From positions 24,428,001-24,492,000 of the forward strand of contig CM069131.1 in assembly GCA_035221665.1 (NCBI GenBank): a stretch of 64,000 nucleotides of DNA. Reading direction: 5' to 3'. The notes under the pieces were generated by a model. The model had not been told where the DNA came from, searched no databases, and was given only the letters and a program-made list of their open reading frames with translations. A program made the translations under genes and the position numbers. Of this stretch, positions 1-11,929 are shown one piece after another (the stretch's first letter is position 1; the number at the start of each line of letters is the position of its first letter). The DNA is from Okamejei kenojei. Taxonomy: Eukaryota.

Positions 1-536
1 CCAAATTAGTTCAACTTAGAGACAAGAACAGGTTATTTCATTTCCGTATAGAATGACCAAGCAAAAGGTTTTTTTTTTAACAACATAGGTTAACACAAAA
101 TATGAACAAAATAGAATATTTAATTTATACCTCCAAGTTATTGAAAAGGGCACTGAGTTTGTTATCAACTGCATGCCATATTGTGCAACACTGAAGCATA
201 CTTAAATCTGCAGAAAACCCATGAAAATGCAGACTGCATTTTTTCCCCTCAAGTCATCACACATCTATGGATTCATTATAACATATGCTGTGTTGTTGTA
301 CAAAGGACTATTTGGAAAAGAGGTTGTGAGATTTAAGGTAGAAACTACAACATCTACATTTCTAGAAACTGGAGAGTGGTAGCTTAAATGAATGTAAAGG
401 TAAGCATTAAGATGCTAACTGGATTAAAATAAATTGAATTCTAATTAACTAAATTAAACCAAGTAATGAAAACATAGTGCAATTACAAAAATATAAATAT
501 TATAAAAATATGACCACAAATATTATTTACCTAATA

Positions 537-1535
537 CAGTGCCCTCCATAATGTTTGGGACAAAGACCCATCATTTATTTATTTGCCTCTGTACTCCACA
601 ATTTGAGATTTGTAGTAGAAAAAAAAAATCACATATGATTAAAGTGCACATTGTCAGATTTTACTGAAGGCCATTTTTGGTTTTATTATTAAAGGCCATT
701 TGGTTTCAACATATAGAAATTACAGCTGTGTTTGTACATAGTCCCCCCCCATTTCAGGGCACCATAATGTTTGGGACATATGGCTTCACGGGCGTTAGTA
801 ATTGCTCAGGTGTGTTTAATTGCCTCCTTCATTAAGGTATAAGAGAGCTCCCCGACCTCCAGTCTTTCCGTCACCTTTGGAAACTTTTATTGCTGTTTAT
901 CAACATAAGGACCAATGTTGTGCCAATGAAAGTCAAAGAAGCCATTATGAGACTGAGAAACAAGAATAAAACTCTGTTGGAGACATCAGCCAAACCTTAG
1001 GCTTACCAAAATCAACTGTTTGGAACACCATTAAGAAGAAAGAGAGCACTGGTGAGCTTACTAATCACAAAGGGACTGGCAGGCCAAGGAAGACCTCCAC
1101 AGCTGATGACAGAAGAATTCTCTCTATAAAGGGCATGTCCCACTTGACGATTTTTTCGGAGAATGCCGGCGTCATATCAGTGTCGCCAAAAGATTGTGAA
1201 CATTTCAAATTCAAGCAGCGACAAACAAATGTTGCGAGACTTGAAAAAACACCGCACGTCACGCGTCATCACACCGCAAATTTTTCGATGACCTGATACG
1301 TCAGTCAATGATGCCGGCAGTCGCCGAAAAAAATCGCCAAGTAGGATAGACCCTTAAGTCAATCTATAAGGCCAAGTCAATCACCCGATCTGAATTTAGT
1401 TGAGCATGCCTTTTATATGCTGAAGAGAAAACTGAAGGGGATTAGCCCCCGAAACAAGCATAAGCTAAAGATGGCTGCATAAACACTACTGTAATTTCTA
1501 CATGGTGAAACCAAAATGTATTAAAAAAAACCTTT
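537..1535 (+). mobile_element. Internally deleted Tc1-like (IR/DR type) DNA transposon
   Basis: TA|CAGTG terminus. Direct repeat CCATAATGTTTGGGACA at 546 and 762. Transposase remnants LGLPKSTVWNTIKK...GTGRPRKTS and PSQSPDLNLVEH. Partial right IR at ~1490-1535. Confidence 0.85.
1130..1354. mobile_element. PIF/Harbinger-type MITE nested in the Tc1
   Basis: ~46-bp imperfect TIRs (AGGGCATGTCCCACTTGACGATTTTTTCGG / CCGAAAAAAATCGCCAAGTAGGATAGACCCT) flanked by TAA on both sides (1127-1129, 1355-1357). Confidence 0.8.
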
Positions 1536-1589
1536 ATTAAAATCTCACCATGGGCACTTCAACCACGCAATTTTTCTTCACTTCGCAGC

Positions 1590-2430
1590 GACCTCTAGGC
1601 TGAATATTGGTCTTCCACAATAGCCTACTGAATTCTATCAGTAAGCCAGTTCTGTATCCATATGACCAAATCACAATCCCGTGCATTTTAATCTTCTGGA
1701 TCAGCCTACCATTGGGGACTTTATCAAATGCCTTACTGAAATCCACATAGACAACATCCACCACCCTACCCTCATCAATCACCTCAGACACCTCCTCAAA
1801 AATCTCAATCAAGTTAGTAAGACAGGATGTGCCGTGTACAAAACCATGTCAACTGTCAATAATTAACACTTTCTCTTCCAAATGAGACTAAATACCATCG
1901 CATAGACTCTTCTCTAATAGCTACCCTACAACTGACGTGATGGCAAACCATCTATAATTCCCTGGATTCTCTTCACTCCCCTTCTTAAATAAAGGAGCAA
2001 CATTAGCTATTCTCCAGTCTGCTGAGACCTCATCAGTGGCTAAAGAGACAAAGATCTTTGTCAAGGCTCCTGCAATCTCCTATCTTCCCTCTCTATATAA
2101 ACTGGGATAAATCCTATTAGGTCCAAGGGATTTATCAACCATAATGCTCTTCAAGAGCCCAACACTTCCTCCTTCTTAATTTCAAACTGCCCTTGCACAT
2201 TAGTATTCTCTACACTGATCCCACTGTCCTCCATCTTCTCCTTGGTGACAAAGATGCAATGTACTTGCTTAGTACCTCACCTATATACCCAGATTCCAAG
2301 CACAAATATCATTCTTGATCCTTGAGTAGTCTTACTTTCTCCCTGGTTAACTTCTTGTTTTTCATTATAGGTATAAAAAGCTTTGAGATTTTCTTTCATT
2401 CGACAACGCCAAATCCATTCCGTTGACCCT
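1590..2430 (-). mobile_element. Degenerate CR1 LINE ORF2 fragment
   Basis: Translation includes DEGRVVDVVYVDFSKAFDKVP, a CR1 RT motif. Confidence 0.85.
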
Positions 2431-4354
2431 TTTGGCCCTTCTAATACAACAAGATATGTTTTAGAGGTTTGAACACTATGTATGCAAACCATTCAAAATT
2501 TCAAGCCCTTTTCACCTGCTTGACCATAATTTTGACTTTTGTATGCAAATTACATGATTTTTAAAATAAAATGACAATACAAGATTTTCATATAATGCAA
2601 GTTTGAGCATCAACAAGCTATGCTCGCAATAATCCAGTTGCATAAATTCCTGCTAATTCAGAAGCTGGAAACCCACTGCTGTGCAGCCAGCATGAGTAGA
2701 ACTCCTGAAAACTACAACTCACTCAAGCATTTCCTTGTTAAATACTTTTACCTACCTCTGAAACATACAATCAAGCTATTTACTTGGTCTGCATTATCTC
2801 TGCTTTAAAATAGCAGCATGGACCACTGATGATTCCAAACCTGCATCAATAGGCTGTGGCCCAAATATATCAGCAAACAAAATTGAACTGCTATCATTTT
2901 AATCAGACATTAAGAGTCCTGATATCTGAACTCCGTATTAGCAGAATTACTGAATACGGTTTGCTCTCTTGAAATTCTGACCAGGGAGCATACACTATTA
3001 TCCAGGTACTTGAGAAAGCTATCAAATGTAGACATTTTAAAATGTAACATTCAAAGGTGTGGGCATTTTTCTCATTGTATAATATAAATACAGGCCTCAA
3101 AATTCAAACTATTATAGTATTAGTTTGATTAAATATTATAAATAAATCAAACATTCAGTATATGTAAATGAATTTAAAATGTTGAAGAATATGTAAAGTG
3201 TATTAACTCAATACTTCTGTGTTACCATTAATAGATAACACATGCACCACTTCTGCCAAGTTAAATTATATTTGTCAATGTTTCATGCATATATTTTAAT
3301 TACAATGACTTTGAAACACTATTATCATATTAAACGCATATTATACCAACTCATTGTGGGAGCAAATTACAAATATATATTTTTTAATATAGTAAATTCA
3401 AATATGATACAAATTCAGATACAAAAATAAATAATATTAGGCAAAAAAGGGGTCAACGTTTATAAGAATGCTCCTTTTATATTACAATTAGGTGTGTATC
3501 CAATCATCTCAAATAGTTTTAGTCCCGAAAGACAGGTAACAGTTGGAAATGATAAGGTAATAATTGAACCGTACTTCAATCAAGAGATACTGCTGAGACC
3601 AGAGACCATGGAATAAATGTCATGAATATCAGAAACTCAAAACTGAATTAAAGATGCATGCCATTTGTAATTGCCTATAATACGTGAATAATTTAGTTTT
3701 TAAATTATTTTAATTTTCTCCATTCAAATCCAACCTTCCCAAATATATTTACATAGTTTTAGCATGTTAAAACAAGTAAGATGGTAACAAAACTGCTACA
3801 TCTGACTAAACCAAATTACAAATCTTAATATAATGATACAACTTCATATTTTTCCATATTGTCACTTGATGACCACTCATATTTACACCAACATCATAAT
3901 ACACCACAAATATACACTGTTCTGTACAGGTCAAAATTCAGAGAATCCCCTGATGTGCGGAAGCTTTCCTGTTTAACAAATTGAGTTTCAGAACACTCCA
4001 TTTTTCTCCAAAAAGAATCAACAAACATCTTGAGAAATAATTCTAATGATTTAGAAAAGATATGCAACACAGCACTAATTTTCTGCTTTCAGCAATCTTA
4101 TATTAACATCTGTATATTCTGTATTTAATGACACACGAGATCCTGTTCCCAATTCATCAGCAAAATTACAAAGTATATGCATTCTTGAATCAGGTAAAAC
4201 ATCAAGAAATTTCTGTACCATCCTGATCCTCTCACTTTCATCTGGACATTTGCGAAACACAATGTCATACGTTTTTTGTAAGAGCACAGATGAAGCATGA
4301 TCTTGAATTAATTTCACAACGTAATTAAAAATACAAAATTATTGCCGAACTCAC

Positions 4355-6135
4355 CGTGACATTTTCTCAGGAACGTATCCTTGCAGTGAATAGCCGTCAT
4401 TTTTTCCAGCAGCTATGGAGTTCTGTGGCATGACAGAGTGTGGTTTCCAGGATCCAAGTACAGTGCACACGGGAGTAATTAAATTTAAAAGCTGAGGTCG
4501 GGCATCCCTCATAAAGGGGCAGGGCATTGAAATTGTGCCACTGGCTCCAATTCTGTAATGAAACGATTGTCCAGTTGAGTTAACACCTACAATGGTAGAT
4601 GGGGGTGAACAGGTGGCTTGGCAGTAGCCCTCATCATTTGGCTCCTGTTTGATCACTGTTGTGTTTGGTTGTGAAAAGGCATCATGTCCATAACTAGAAC
4701 TGGAGGAAGATGCAAGAGCCCCTAAACTCCCATAAAGGTCAAACACATCTCCATAAGTTGTCTTGAGATCAATCAACTGATGTGCAATTTCTGAAAATGG
4801 ATTTTCTGAAACTTGACCAGTATACCCTGTGTTCAGACAAGCAGTTTCATTCATCTCACATTTTAAAGGCATTGAGAACGTTGAATTACATAGGTCTGAA
4901 CTACCTCTACTTAGGAAACATGAATCGCCAAAATCACTGTCTACTTCTGTTTTTATAAACTGAACAGGATTGCCAATGTTAATTGAACTTGTCTTTAAAC
5001 AATCAGTTTTTGTTTTCTCATCTTTAAATACATTTATTTCCTCATGAATCTGATTTCTTCCTGCTGGGTTCTGATTCAGGTTAATGATCATTCTTGACCC
5101 AGTAGCAGGACTGCAGTTGGGAAAGTGCATATTATTTACAGCAGTGCTGGAGACAGAAGAGGGAACACTGTTATTATTAGGGCTGGACAAAAGGGTATTA
5201 CTAGTGGAGGCAGAATGAGGAGAAGTGAGATTAGTAGGAGTGGAACGAGGCGAATTCATGTTATTAGGACTGGAGACTGAAGAATACAGGTTACTGACAT
5301 GGACAGGGCTGGTGATGGAAGAGCACAAACTATTCATATTACTAGGGCTAGACATGGTTCGGCTACTTATCTTGGTAGAACCTGAGATAGCGCAATGAGC
5401 GTCACTTGGGCTAGTGTCAGAATTATTCAAATTATTGATGTTGTCAGGACTAGAGATGGAAGATCCCAAATTGCTAACAGTGTCCGGACTAGATAGCGCT
5501 AAGTAATTTATTTTAGCAGGACTAGGAACACAAGAGTTCATATTGTTAGGACTTGATACTGAAGAACATAAATTATTATAGTTTATAGGACTGGAGATGC
5601 ATGAACCTCGACTATTTCTTCCAGGACTAGAGGATGAAGAACATCGTCTCATCCCTCTCTGTGACAAGATAGCTTTCACCTTTTCCTCTTGAAGGTTCAA
5701 TTCTTGTTCACCAGTTTCAGTAATATTGCTGGACCTCCCCTCAATTTGTTCAGTCTGCAGGCTGTAGTTAAATTCGCTCTCCACATCTTTTACAGAATCC
5801 ATATACAAACCCATAGACTCTGCAACAGTTTTTGAGAGTTCTTTAGCAGATCCGAGATGACACTTTGGATCTGAAGCAAGAAAACCAGGGTGCTGATACT
5901 GGCGTTGTACTTGATAAGGTTGTTGATGGTGAAGGATGGGAGAGACCTCCTGCCTCCTCTCTCCATTATCACTCTTTGAAACAGTTGGTATGCAACTAAC
6001 ATTAACAATAGTCATTTCATTGCTGTCACAGCTACCAATTTCATTGCCTGCAGCACTCAACGCAAGTTTGTTTAGAGGCCACTGTCTTCCAATATTCATT
6101 ACTTCTGGGTAGTCAATATATCCTTTGGTCTCCAT
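4355..6135 (-). CDS. NR3C2: Mineralocorticoid receptor, first coding exon (exon 2; N-terminal domain, 593 codons + 2 nt, phase-2 end). The rest of the gene lies left of the window.
   Basis: Starts METKGY. Has the MR-diagnostic blocks KELSKTVAESMGLYMDSV, IKQEP and IVGVNSTGQSFHYRIGASGTIS, plus Ser-Pro repeats. Ends at a perfect donor CG|GTGAGT (GT at 4354-4353), matching where vertebrate MR exon 2 ends before the DNA-binding domain. Confidence 0.96.
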
Positions 6136-6175
6136 AGCTGTCTCTTTAATACACCTATAACAAAATTAAAGTCCA
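6136..6175 (-). other. Splice acceptor region of NR3C2 exon 2 with two candidate AGs
   Basis: Minus strand reads TTTAATTTTGTTATAG|GTGTATTAAAGAGACAG|CTATG. AG at 6156-6155 follows a pyrimidine tract; AG at 6139-6138 is 2 nt before the ATG. Confidence 0.7.
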
Positions 6176-7106
6176 TTTAAACATAATCCATCCTATTATA
6201 CCTTTTTCTGACATAAAATGCATGCATCAGTACAAGTATAAAATGGGCTCCATTTTTTTTCAATTTGCATTACCTTTAGTAAATCTAATTAGCTAGTGGT
6301 TAAATACATTCCTATGCCCTTTAGTATTTCAGGGTAAAACTTACGGCAGCTACTTCAGTTCAGATTTTCTGTTTAACTAGCTTTGAGGTTCACATGAAGA
6401 CAGCTTATTACCAAAAGATTTGATGCAGAAAGATATCTTGTGCAAGTTCTATTTTAATGAACAATTTATAAGCAATTGGTCATGATTATAGTGAGGTGTT
6501 ACTTAAACATTAAAAATGCACATTTAAGGACACACATTAACACAGGTGATATTTAAATATGCATACATTTCCAAACAGACAATTGTGCAAAAAATAACTA
6601 TCCCAGATCAGATAATGAAAACTAAAACCTTGCACCTTTCTCCCTTCTCTTGCTCAAAGTTTACGAATAATTGGACGATACTATTAAAGTCAGGTTTACT
6701 ATTAAAGTCAGGTACCATAAAACATATGCAGAACTAACTTATTTCAGCCAGCTTGGATTGTTACTGAACCCCAAAGGAATTCATCTTGTTCTTTCCTGCA
6801 AAAGTTCGGATATTGTCCCTCGGGTTCTTATTTACAGGTGACTCTACAATGAAGCGACTCCACGGAGCTGGATCAGTTATTGCTGAAGCGCCTGGATCTG
6901 CCCGGCTCCAGCGAGTTACTGATTTTGAATCCTCGATTATTCGCCCTCACTTTCTTGCATTTCGTCTCGCAACTGCTGGAGCTCTGTTATCCTTCATCTG
7001 ATGCCTTAATATTTACCAGACAACACTTAGCTCTCAATTACAACTTCAGTCGTCTTGTCAATAATAATGCAAAACATTAATTAAACTGTCAGCGGTGGCT
7101 TCTGCC

Positions 7107-7305
7107 ACTTACCCGTTTTCTCCGTCGACTTGTTTTAACGCTTTCTAGCCGATTCGCGCAAGGACATTCAGATCAAACATGAAACGTGCACTCATTATAT
7201 AGATCTTTAAAATATAAAAATATATGCGAGTGTCTGCTCGAACGTGTTATGTATTATTTTCCACCAAAGAAGGGGCGGAGTGAGAACGGAAAGATTGGGC
7301 GGGTC
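7107..7305 (-). promoter_or_regulatory. Candidate proximal promoter and untranslated exon 1 of NR3C2
   Basis: Perfect donor G|GTAAGT (GT at 7112-7111), TATA-like TATATAA at ~7195-7201, Sp1 box GGGGCGGAGT at 7272-7281 and CCAAT on the minus strand at 7294-7298, in canonical order. Confidence 0.6.
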
Positions 7306-8700
7306 CCTCTGCAAACTCTTCGCCAATTGCACACAAAGTGCGAGAGACCCGCCCGCGTCCGCCGCCGAATGGCTGCAAGCGAAGCGGACGTGCGGTGCTC
7401 AGCGGGACTTTAATAGCACTGGCCTTCCCAGTGGCTGCCGGAGCTGCCACTCGGGCGGGAGCTGCAAAGACATTTCCGAGGCCAAGTTGCAAAGGGAGCG
7501 GAGAGCCGCAGCGAGGAGCAACTTTACGCAGCAGCGCCCGGAGATCGCCCTCCGTGCAGCGCAGAAACACCAGCTGCCACATCGCCCGGTACCTCTCTGC
7601 CACTTACTGCTGCCAGCCTGTGCCGACAACACCTCAGTGGAATTGCTTTATTTTGTTTTTAAAAAAAAATAGGGACAAAATTGTTCCGCGTGAGTGACGC
7701 AATGCAAAAAAAAACCCCACGACAATGCAAAAAAAAACCCACCCTCGGTGGGTTGATTAAAGGTTAATTTTTAATGGTTGCCTCAAGTGGGAAAAAAACA
7801 CAATTTTCACGCAAAGCTTTCATTTTTATGCCGACACGAAACCTACCGGGGTGTCCTTTCTAATATTCCCCGGCCCCGTTCCCTCATCCCCAATAAATAA
7901 TCACAGGAGAAAAGTTAAACTTCGCATCTGGAGATTGTAATAAAGCCTCGGCTGGGCTGGGCGTAGCAACCAGAGATCTTACAACCTCTCCACATCGCAC
8001 TCTATTTCGGGAGGGAAAGGTCAATCAGCGCGGAGTCTCGGAGATTTCAATCGGGGGCGTTTCATACATTGCAGAGATATCTTCCGGGCTGTCAGTGACA
8101 GTCAGGTTAACAAACCGCGAAACCACCGCTCTGCTGGCCTAATACCTACTGAAAACATAGAGGTCCATATATATATATATAGAGAGAGAGAGAGAGGGAC
8201 TGCACAAACCTTCACATCCAAGTCATTGCGATAGAAGGTCAGCAGACTCTACAGCGAGAAAGATTGAACCCTCCTCCAAGATCTTGAAGGTGCAATACTC
8301 TTTTTATTGTTTTAACAAAACAGTACAGATTAAATCTCTCTCTGTGCAATCATGCAGCTGGCGGCTCGGCTCGGCTCCCGAGTGAACAGTTGGGGTTGTA
8401 TTCCTTAAATGTATTCCCGCGAGGCGGGCCAAGTTCGCGAAACAAAACACAAACTGCGTGGTGAAATAAAGCAAACTTTCAGCCCAGGAGTGTCCGTCCG
8501 TCCGTCCGCCTGCCTGCCTTCGCCCCGCCGGGCTCCCTGGTGGTGTTGGCGAGGCGCTGAGACTCCTCTGGCAAAGCAGGCAACCCTCGCCGCCGCCCTG
8601 ACGTCAGGCTGTTTGTATTTACACGGCACTGGGCGAAATGCAAGGAGTAACCCGGCAGAGCCAATGCAAAGGCCACCAGGCTTAACCCCAGCTACATCCT
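7240..8700. promoter_or_regulatory. CpG-rich promoter region of NR3C2 with two cores (~7240-7700 and ~8350-8700)
   Basis: Dense CpG in an otherwise AT-rich, CpG-poor background. Palindromic CRE CCTGACGTCAGG at 8597-8608, CCAAT at 8661-8665, and an extra donor-like CCG|GTAGGT at 7846 (minus). Confidence 0.75.
8167..8197. repeat. Compound microsatellite (TA)n(GA)n in the promoter region
   Basis: Directly visible. Confidence 0.9.
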
Positions 8701-9161
8701 TTTGGATTTTGCCACGATTTGTAGAATAAAAACGACTCGGCGAGATGTAGGTCAGCAGTGTGCTCCATCTCACACGGCACTGCGCAGAGAATATGATTGC
8801 TCCCACCTGACTTGTCCCGATACTGTTTTCCCGGACCTTTCTCACGTATTTTTTATTTCTGTAAACTTTATTTTCTGCTTCAGAAAGGCATTACCAACCG
8901 CTGCGGAGTGTGTTTGGCATGTGAACTGTCAAGAAATTATAGTCCTCATACATGTAAACAAATGTTCTATCATTTCCGTCACGACTTCATTCTTTATGCA
9001 TTGAACTCCTCTGTCCCCACCACGACACACACTGCCCCAGTCTTTGCTCCAGTCAACAAAGCACCCCTTTTACCTTCCCATTCTTCACGTTCAGTTGCTT
9101 TCGGCTCCAATGCGAGTAATTCTCCCCATGTTCCATAATTTGATTCCCTACTTCCTTACCA

Positions 9162-9218
9162 GCGGTGCTGGATCGAAGGGCCGAATGGCCTACTCCTGCA
9201 CCTATTTTCTTTGTTTCT
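9162..9218 (+). mobile_element. Very short CR1 3' tail
   Basis: GCGGTGCTGGATCGAAGGGCCGAATGGCCTACTCCTGCACCTATT, the same tail as the other CR1 copies in the window. Confidence 0.8.
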
Positions 9219-9534
9219 CAATACCCCCCTCCCCCTCCACCAACTGTTTCTGTCAAAGTAATTTGCAGTCTAGTTGCAACTTGTTTTTCTCGAATGTTAC
9301 TAGTTTAATCGTTCTCTTTTTCTATCTCAAGAATTTAGCAATCCAGCGATCTCGTCAAAAATCCAGGGAAATAGAAATTACACTTCCCAATGCTCAACAA
9401 TAAACATAGTTAATTTCAGCAAAATGAAGACTCGCCCATCTTGAAACATCAAATACATCTCTAAGTTTAGAGAATGCACAACATGAAACAACCTGTAGTT
9501 ATATACAACAGTGCTTCATAAACTGGTGTTTAAG

Positions 9535-9675
9535 ATGGAACTGCAGATGCTGGAAAATCGAAGGTAGACAACAGTTCTGGAGAAACTGAGCGGGTGCAGC
9601 AGCATCTACGGAGCGAAGGAGTTCCATAGATGCTGCTGCACCCGCTGAGTTTTTCCAGCACTTTTGTCTACCTTC
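9535..9675. mobile_element. Palindromic Penelope-LTR relic inserted in the hAT left end
   Basis: Inverted arms spanning 9560-9675 (…GCGGGTGCAGCAGCATCTA / TAGATGCTGCTGCACCCGC…). Sequence matches the Penelope end at 57196-57290. CTTC(A/T)TAAACT is duplicated either side. Confidence 0.75.
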
Positions 9676-10021
9676 TTAAACTCGTGAATGGTTCACCCAA
9701 GGATGAATGAAAATTATTCTGGGGTGAATTAAACTAGAGGGGTGAATGAAGACTGAATGACAATTTATTCAGATATTTATATATATTTTTCTTTTGCAGT
9801 CAGGCTGTAAGTGGGTGTTGTGGTGATTGGAGAGTGGTGGGTGGGAGGGAAAGGGCCCAGTCTGTGCAGACTGGAGTCAGGTTTTAAGTAGGTGTGAAGT
9901 GTTGGTTGGAGAGGAGCGGAGGGGGTTAAGTTTCTGTTTATCGAACCTGCAGTGGAAATCATTCAGCTCATATAGACTCGAATTTTCAGATGTATTTGCT
10001 TGCAAATTAAGGCACTAATTT

Positions 10022-10556
10022 GATGAAGAAGGACATACTTGCTATTGAAGGACATTCTAGCTATTGAAGGAGTGCAGCATAGGTTTACAAGGTTAATTCC
10101 CGGGATGGCGGGACTGTCATATGCTGAGAGAATGGAGCGGCTAGGCTTGTATACTCTGGAGTTTAGAAGGATGAGAGGTTATCTTATTGAACCATATAAG
10201 ATTATTAAGGGTTTGGGCACACTAGAGGCAGGAAACATGTTCCCGATGTTGGGGGAGTCCAGAACCAGGGGCCACTGTTTAAGAATAAGGGGTAAGCCAT
10301 TTAGAACGGAGACGAGAAAACATTTTTTCTCACAGAGAGTTGTGAGTCTGTGGAATTCTCTACCTCAGAGGGCGGTGGAGTATCTCTGCATACTTTCAAA
10401 AGATTGTTTGGGCTCTTAAAGATAGCTGAGTCAGGGGATATGGGGAGAAGGCAGGGACGGGGCACTGATTGGGGATGATCAACCATGATCAGATTGAATG
10501 GCGGTGCTGGCTCGAAGGGCCGAATGGCCTACTCCTGCACCTATTGTCTATTGTCT
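10022..10556 (+). mobile_element. 5'-truncated CR1 LINE 3' end
   Basis: ORF2 C-terminus IEGVQHRFTRLIPGM...RTRGH..FFSQRVVSLWNSLP followed by the CR1 tail ending in (CTATTGT)n. Confidence 0.92.
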
Positions 10557-11781
10557 TTGTTCAAGTACCTAAAGAAACCAGCTCTCGAGGAAGAGTGCGC
10601 AGAAGGAAGTAGTTCATTTCAGAAAGAAAGTGAAACGAACAGGACTCAAGAGGAGGTATGTTCAGGAGACAAATCACTTGTGAAGGGTGACAAGGAAACT
10701 GAGGATAACAAACTTAAATATGCAGTTACCTATGTTACGGATGATGAATCTGTTAATGATACGGGCAAGGAAAAACTTAATCTCAAGAGGAAATACCAGG
10801 ACCAAAGTACCCTCTCCTCAAAACTCAAGAAAAGAAAGAGGAATAAAGAATATATTGAGTGTGGCTTTTTCCTTCCCCAAGATGAACTAACAAGCCCTAC
10901 TCCCTCAGTTCAGTGCATGTTTTGCAGCATAAAATATAGCAACCAGTGCCTGGCTCCTTCAAAATTACAGACTCATTTAAGAACAAAGCATAGCAATCAT
11001 CAAAACAAGTCAATACAGTTTTTCAAAAACACTCGTGAGTATTTGTGGAAGCAGCAGAATTTCTTCCAGTCGATGGTAAAGAATGACACTGCGATTAAAA
11101 AAAGTCTTCTTGCCTCTTCAAATAGCACATGTGCTCATGAAAGAAAAAAGCCATACACAGAGGCTGAGAAATTTTTTCAAACTGTTTGAAAATCGTTGCC
11201 AATCTACTACATGGTGGAAAGCAAGCAGTGGATAAAGTGGATTAAATTATATATATAAAATTATACACAGCAGAGAATAAATGGAAATTATCAAAAAAAC
11301 ATAAGAACATTTAGTTGAGGGTGAATTAAATGACACTAAAATAGTTTAAGAAGCACTGATATACAATATAGGAGTCAAGATCATCCCGTCAACGGGGGCT
11401 CGAGGCCCACGACCGAGGAAGAACAAAAGGAAGGACTTGAACTTTATTTTGCCTTCCATCACAGTGAGGAATGTGTATGAGTCACTGTATGACTGACCTG
11501 CAAATTAAATTCCTGGTATGTTGCAAAACATACTTGGCGAATAAAGTGTGATTCTGATTCTGATTCTAACAAGTTGCCAGAGAAAGTGGTTCAGGCAGGT
11601 ATTATTAAAACATTTAAAAGACATTTGAACAGGAGCATGGATAGGAAAGGTTTAAAGTCACATGGGTCAAATGTGTCAAAATGTGATCAATATAGATGTG
11701 CATCTTAGTTGGCCATAGAGACTGTTTCTGTGCTCTGTGACTTCATAACTCTGTGACTCCAATGGAAATATGAATAATCTA

Positions 11782-11852
11782 GTGAATCAATGATAAGGAA
11801 GCTAATGGTAGGGACTGGTGAATCAATGGTAAGGAAGCTAATGGTAGGGACT
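11782..11852. repeat. 36-bp tandem duplication
   Basis: GTGAATCAATG(A/G)TAAGGAAGCTAATGGTAGGGACT occurs twice. Confidence 0.9.
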
Positions 11853-11929
11853 CTCGGGATTAGGATTTTCTCGCCTTTGGAAGAGAATGGGTTAACTAGG
11901 GACGGATAGCATGGTATTATCCTGAAGTA

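Larger units (their letters stand above)
9509..11358 (+). mobile_element. hAT (Buster/Charlie-type) DNA transposon, internally deleted, carrying nested Penelope and CR1 inserts
   Basis: 16-bp TIRs CAGTGCTTCATAAACT / AGTTTAAGAAGCACTG. Perfect 8-bp TSD ATATACAA (9501-9508, 11359-11366) with central TA. Subterminal GGGGTGAA repeats. Transposase remnant with BED finger (CMFC...LAPSKLQTHLRTKH) and KKPYTEAE at ~10555-11240. Confidence 0.9.

Noticed and set aside
4075-4317. 80-aa ORF in the same frame just downstream of exon 2
   Set aside because: GTG start, separated from exon 2 by two stop codons, no recognisable motif and not MR DNA-binding domain sequence. Treated as intronic chance.
4351-4354. 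Stop codon ending the 594-aa ORF
   Set aside because: The TGA lies within the GTGAGT splice donor. The protein continues in downstream exons outside the window.
7186-8845. Overlapping 75-146-aa ORFs
   Set aside because: Expected in GC-rich promoter DNA; no domain signal.
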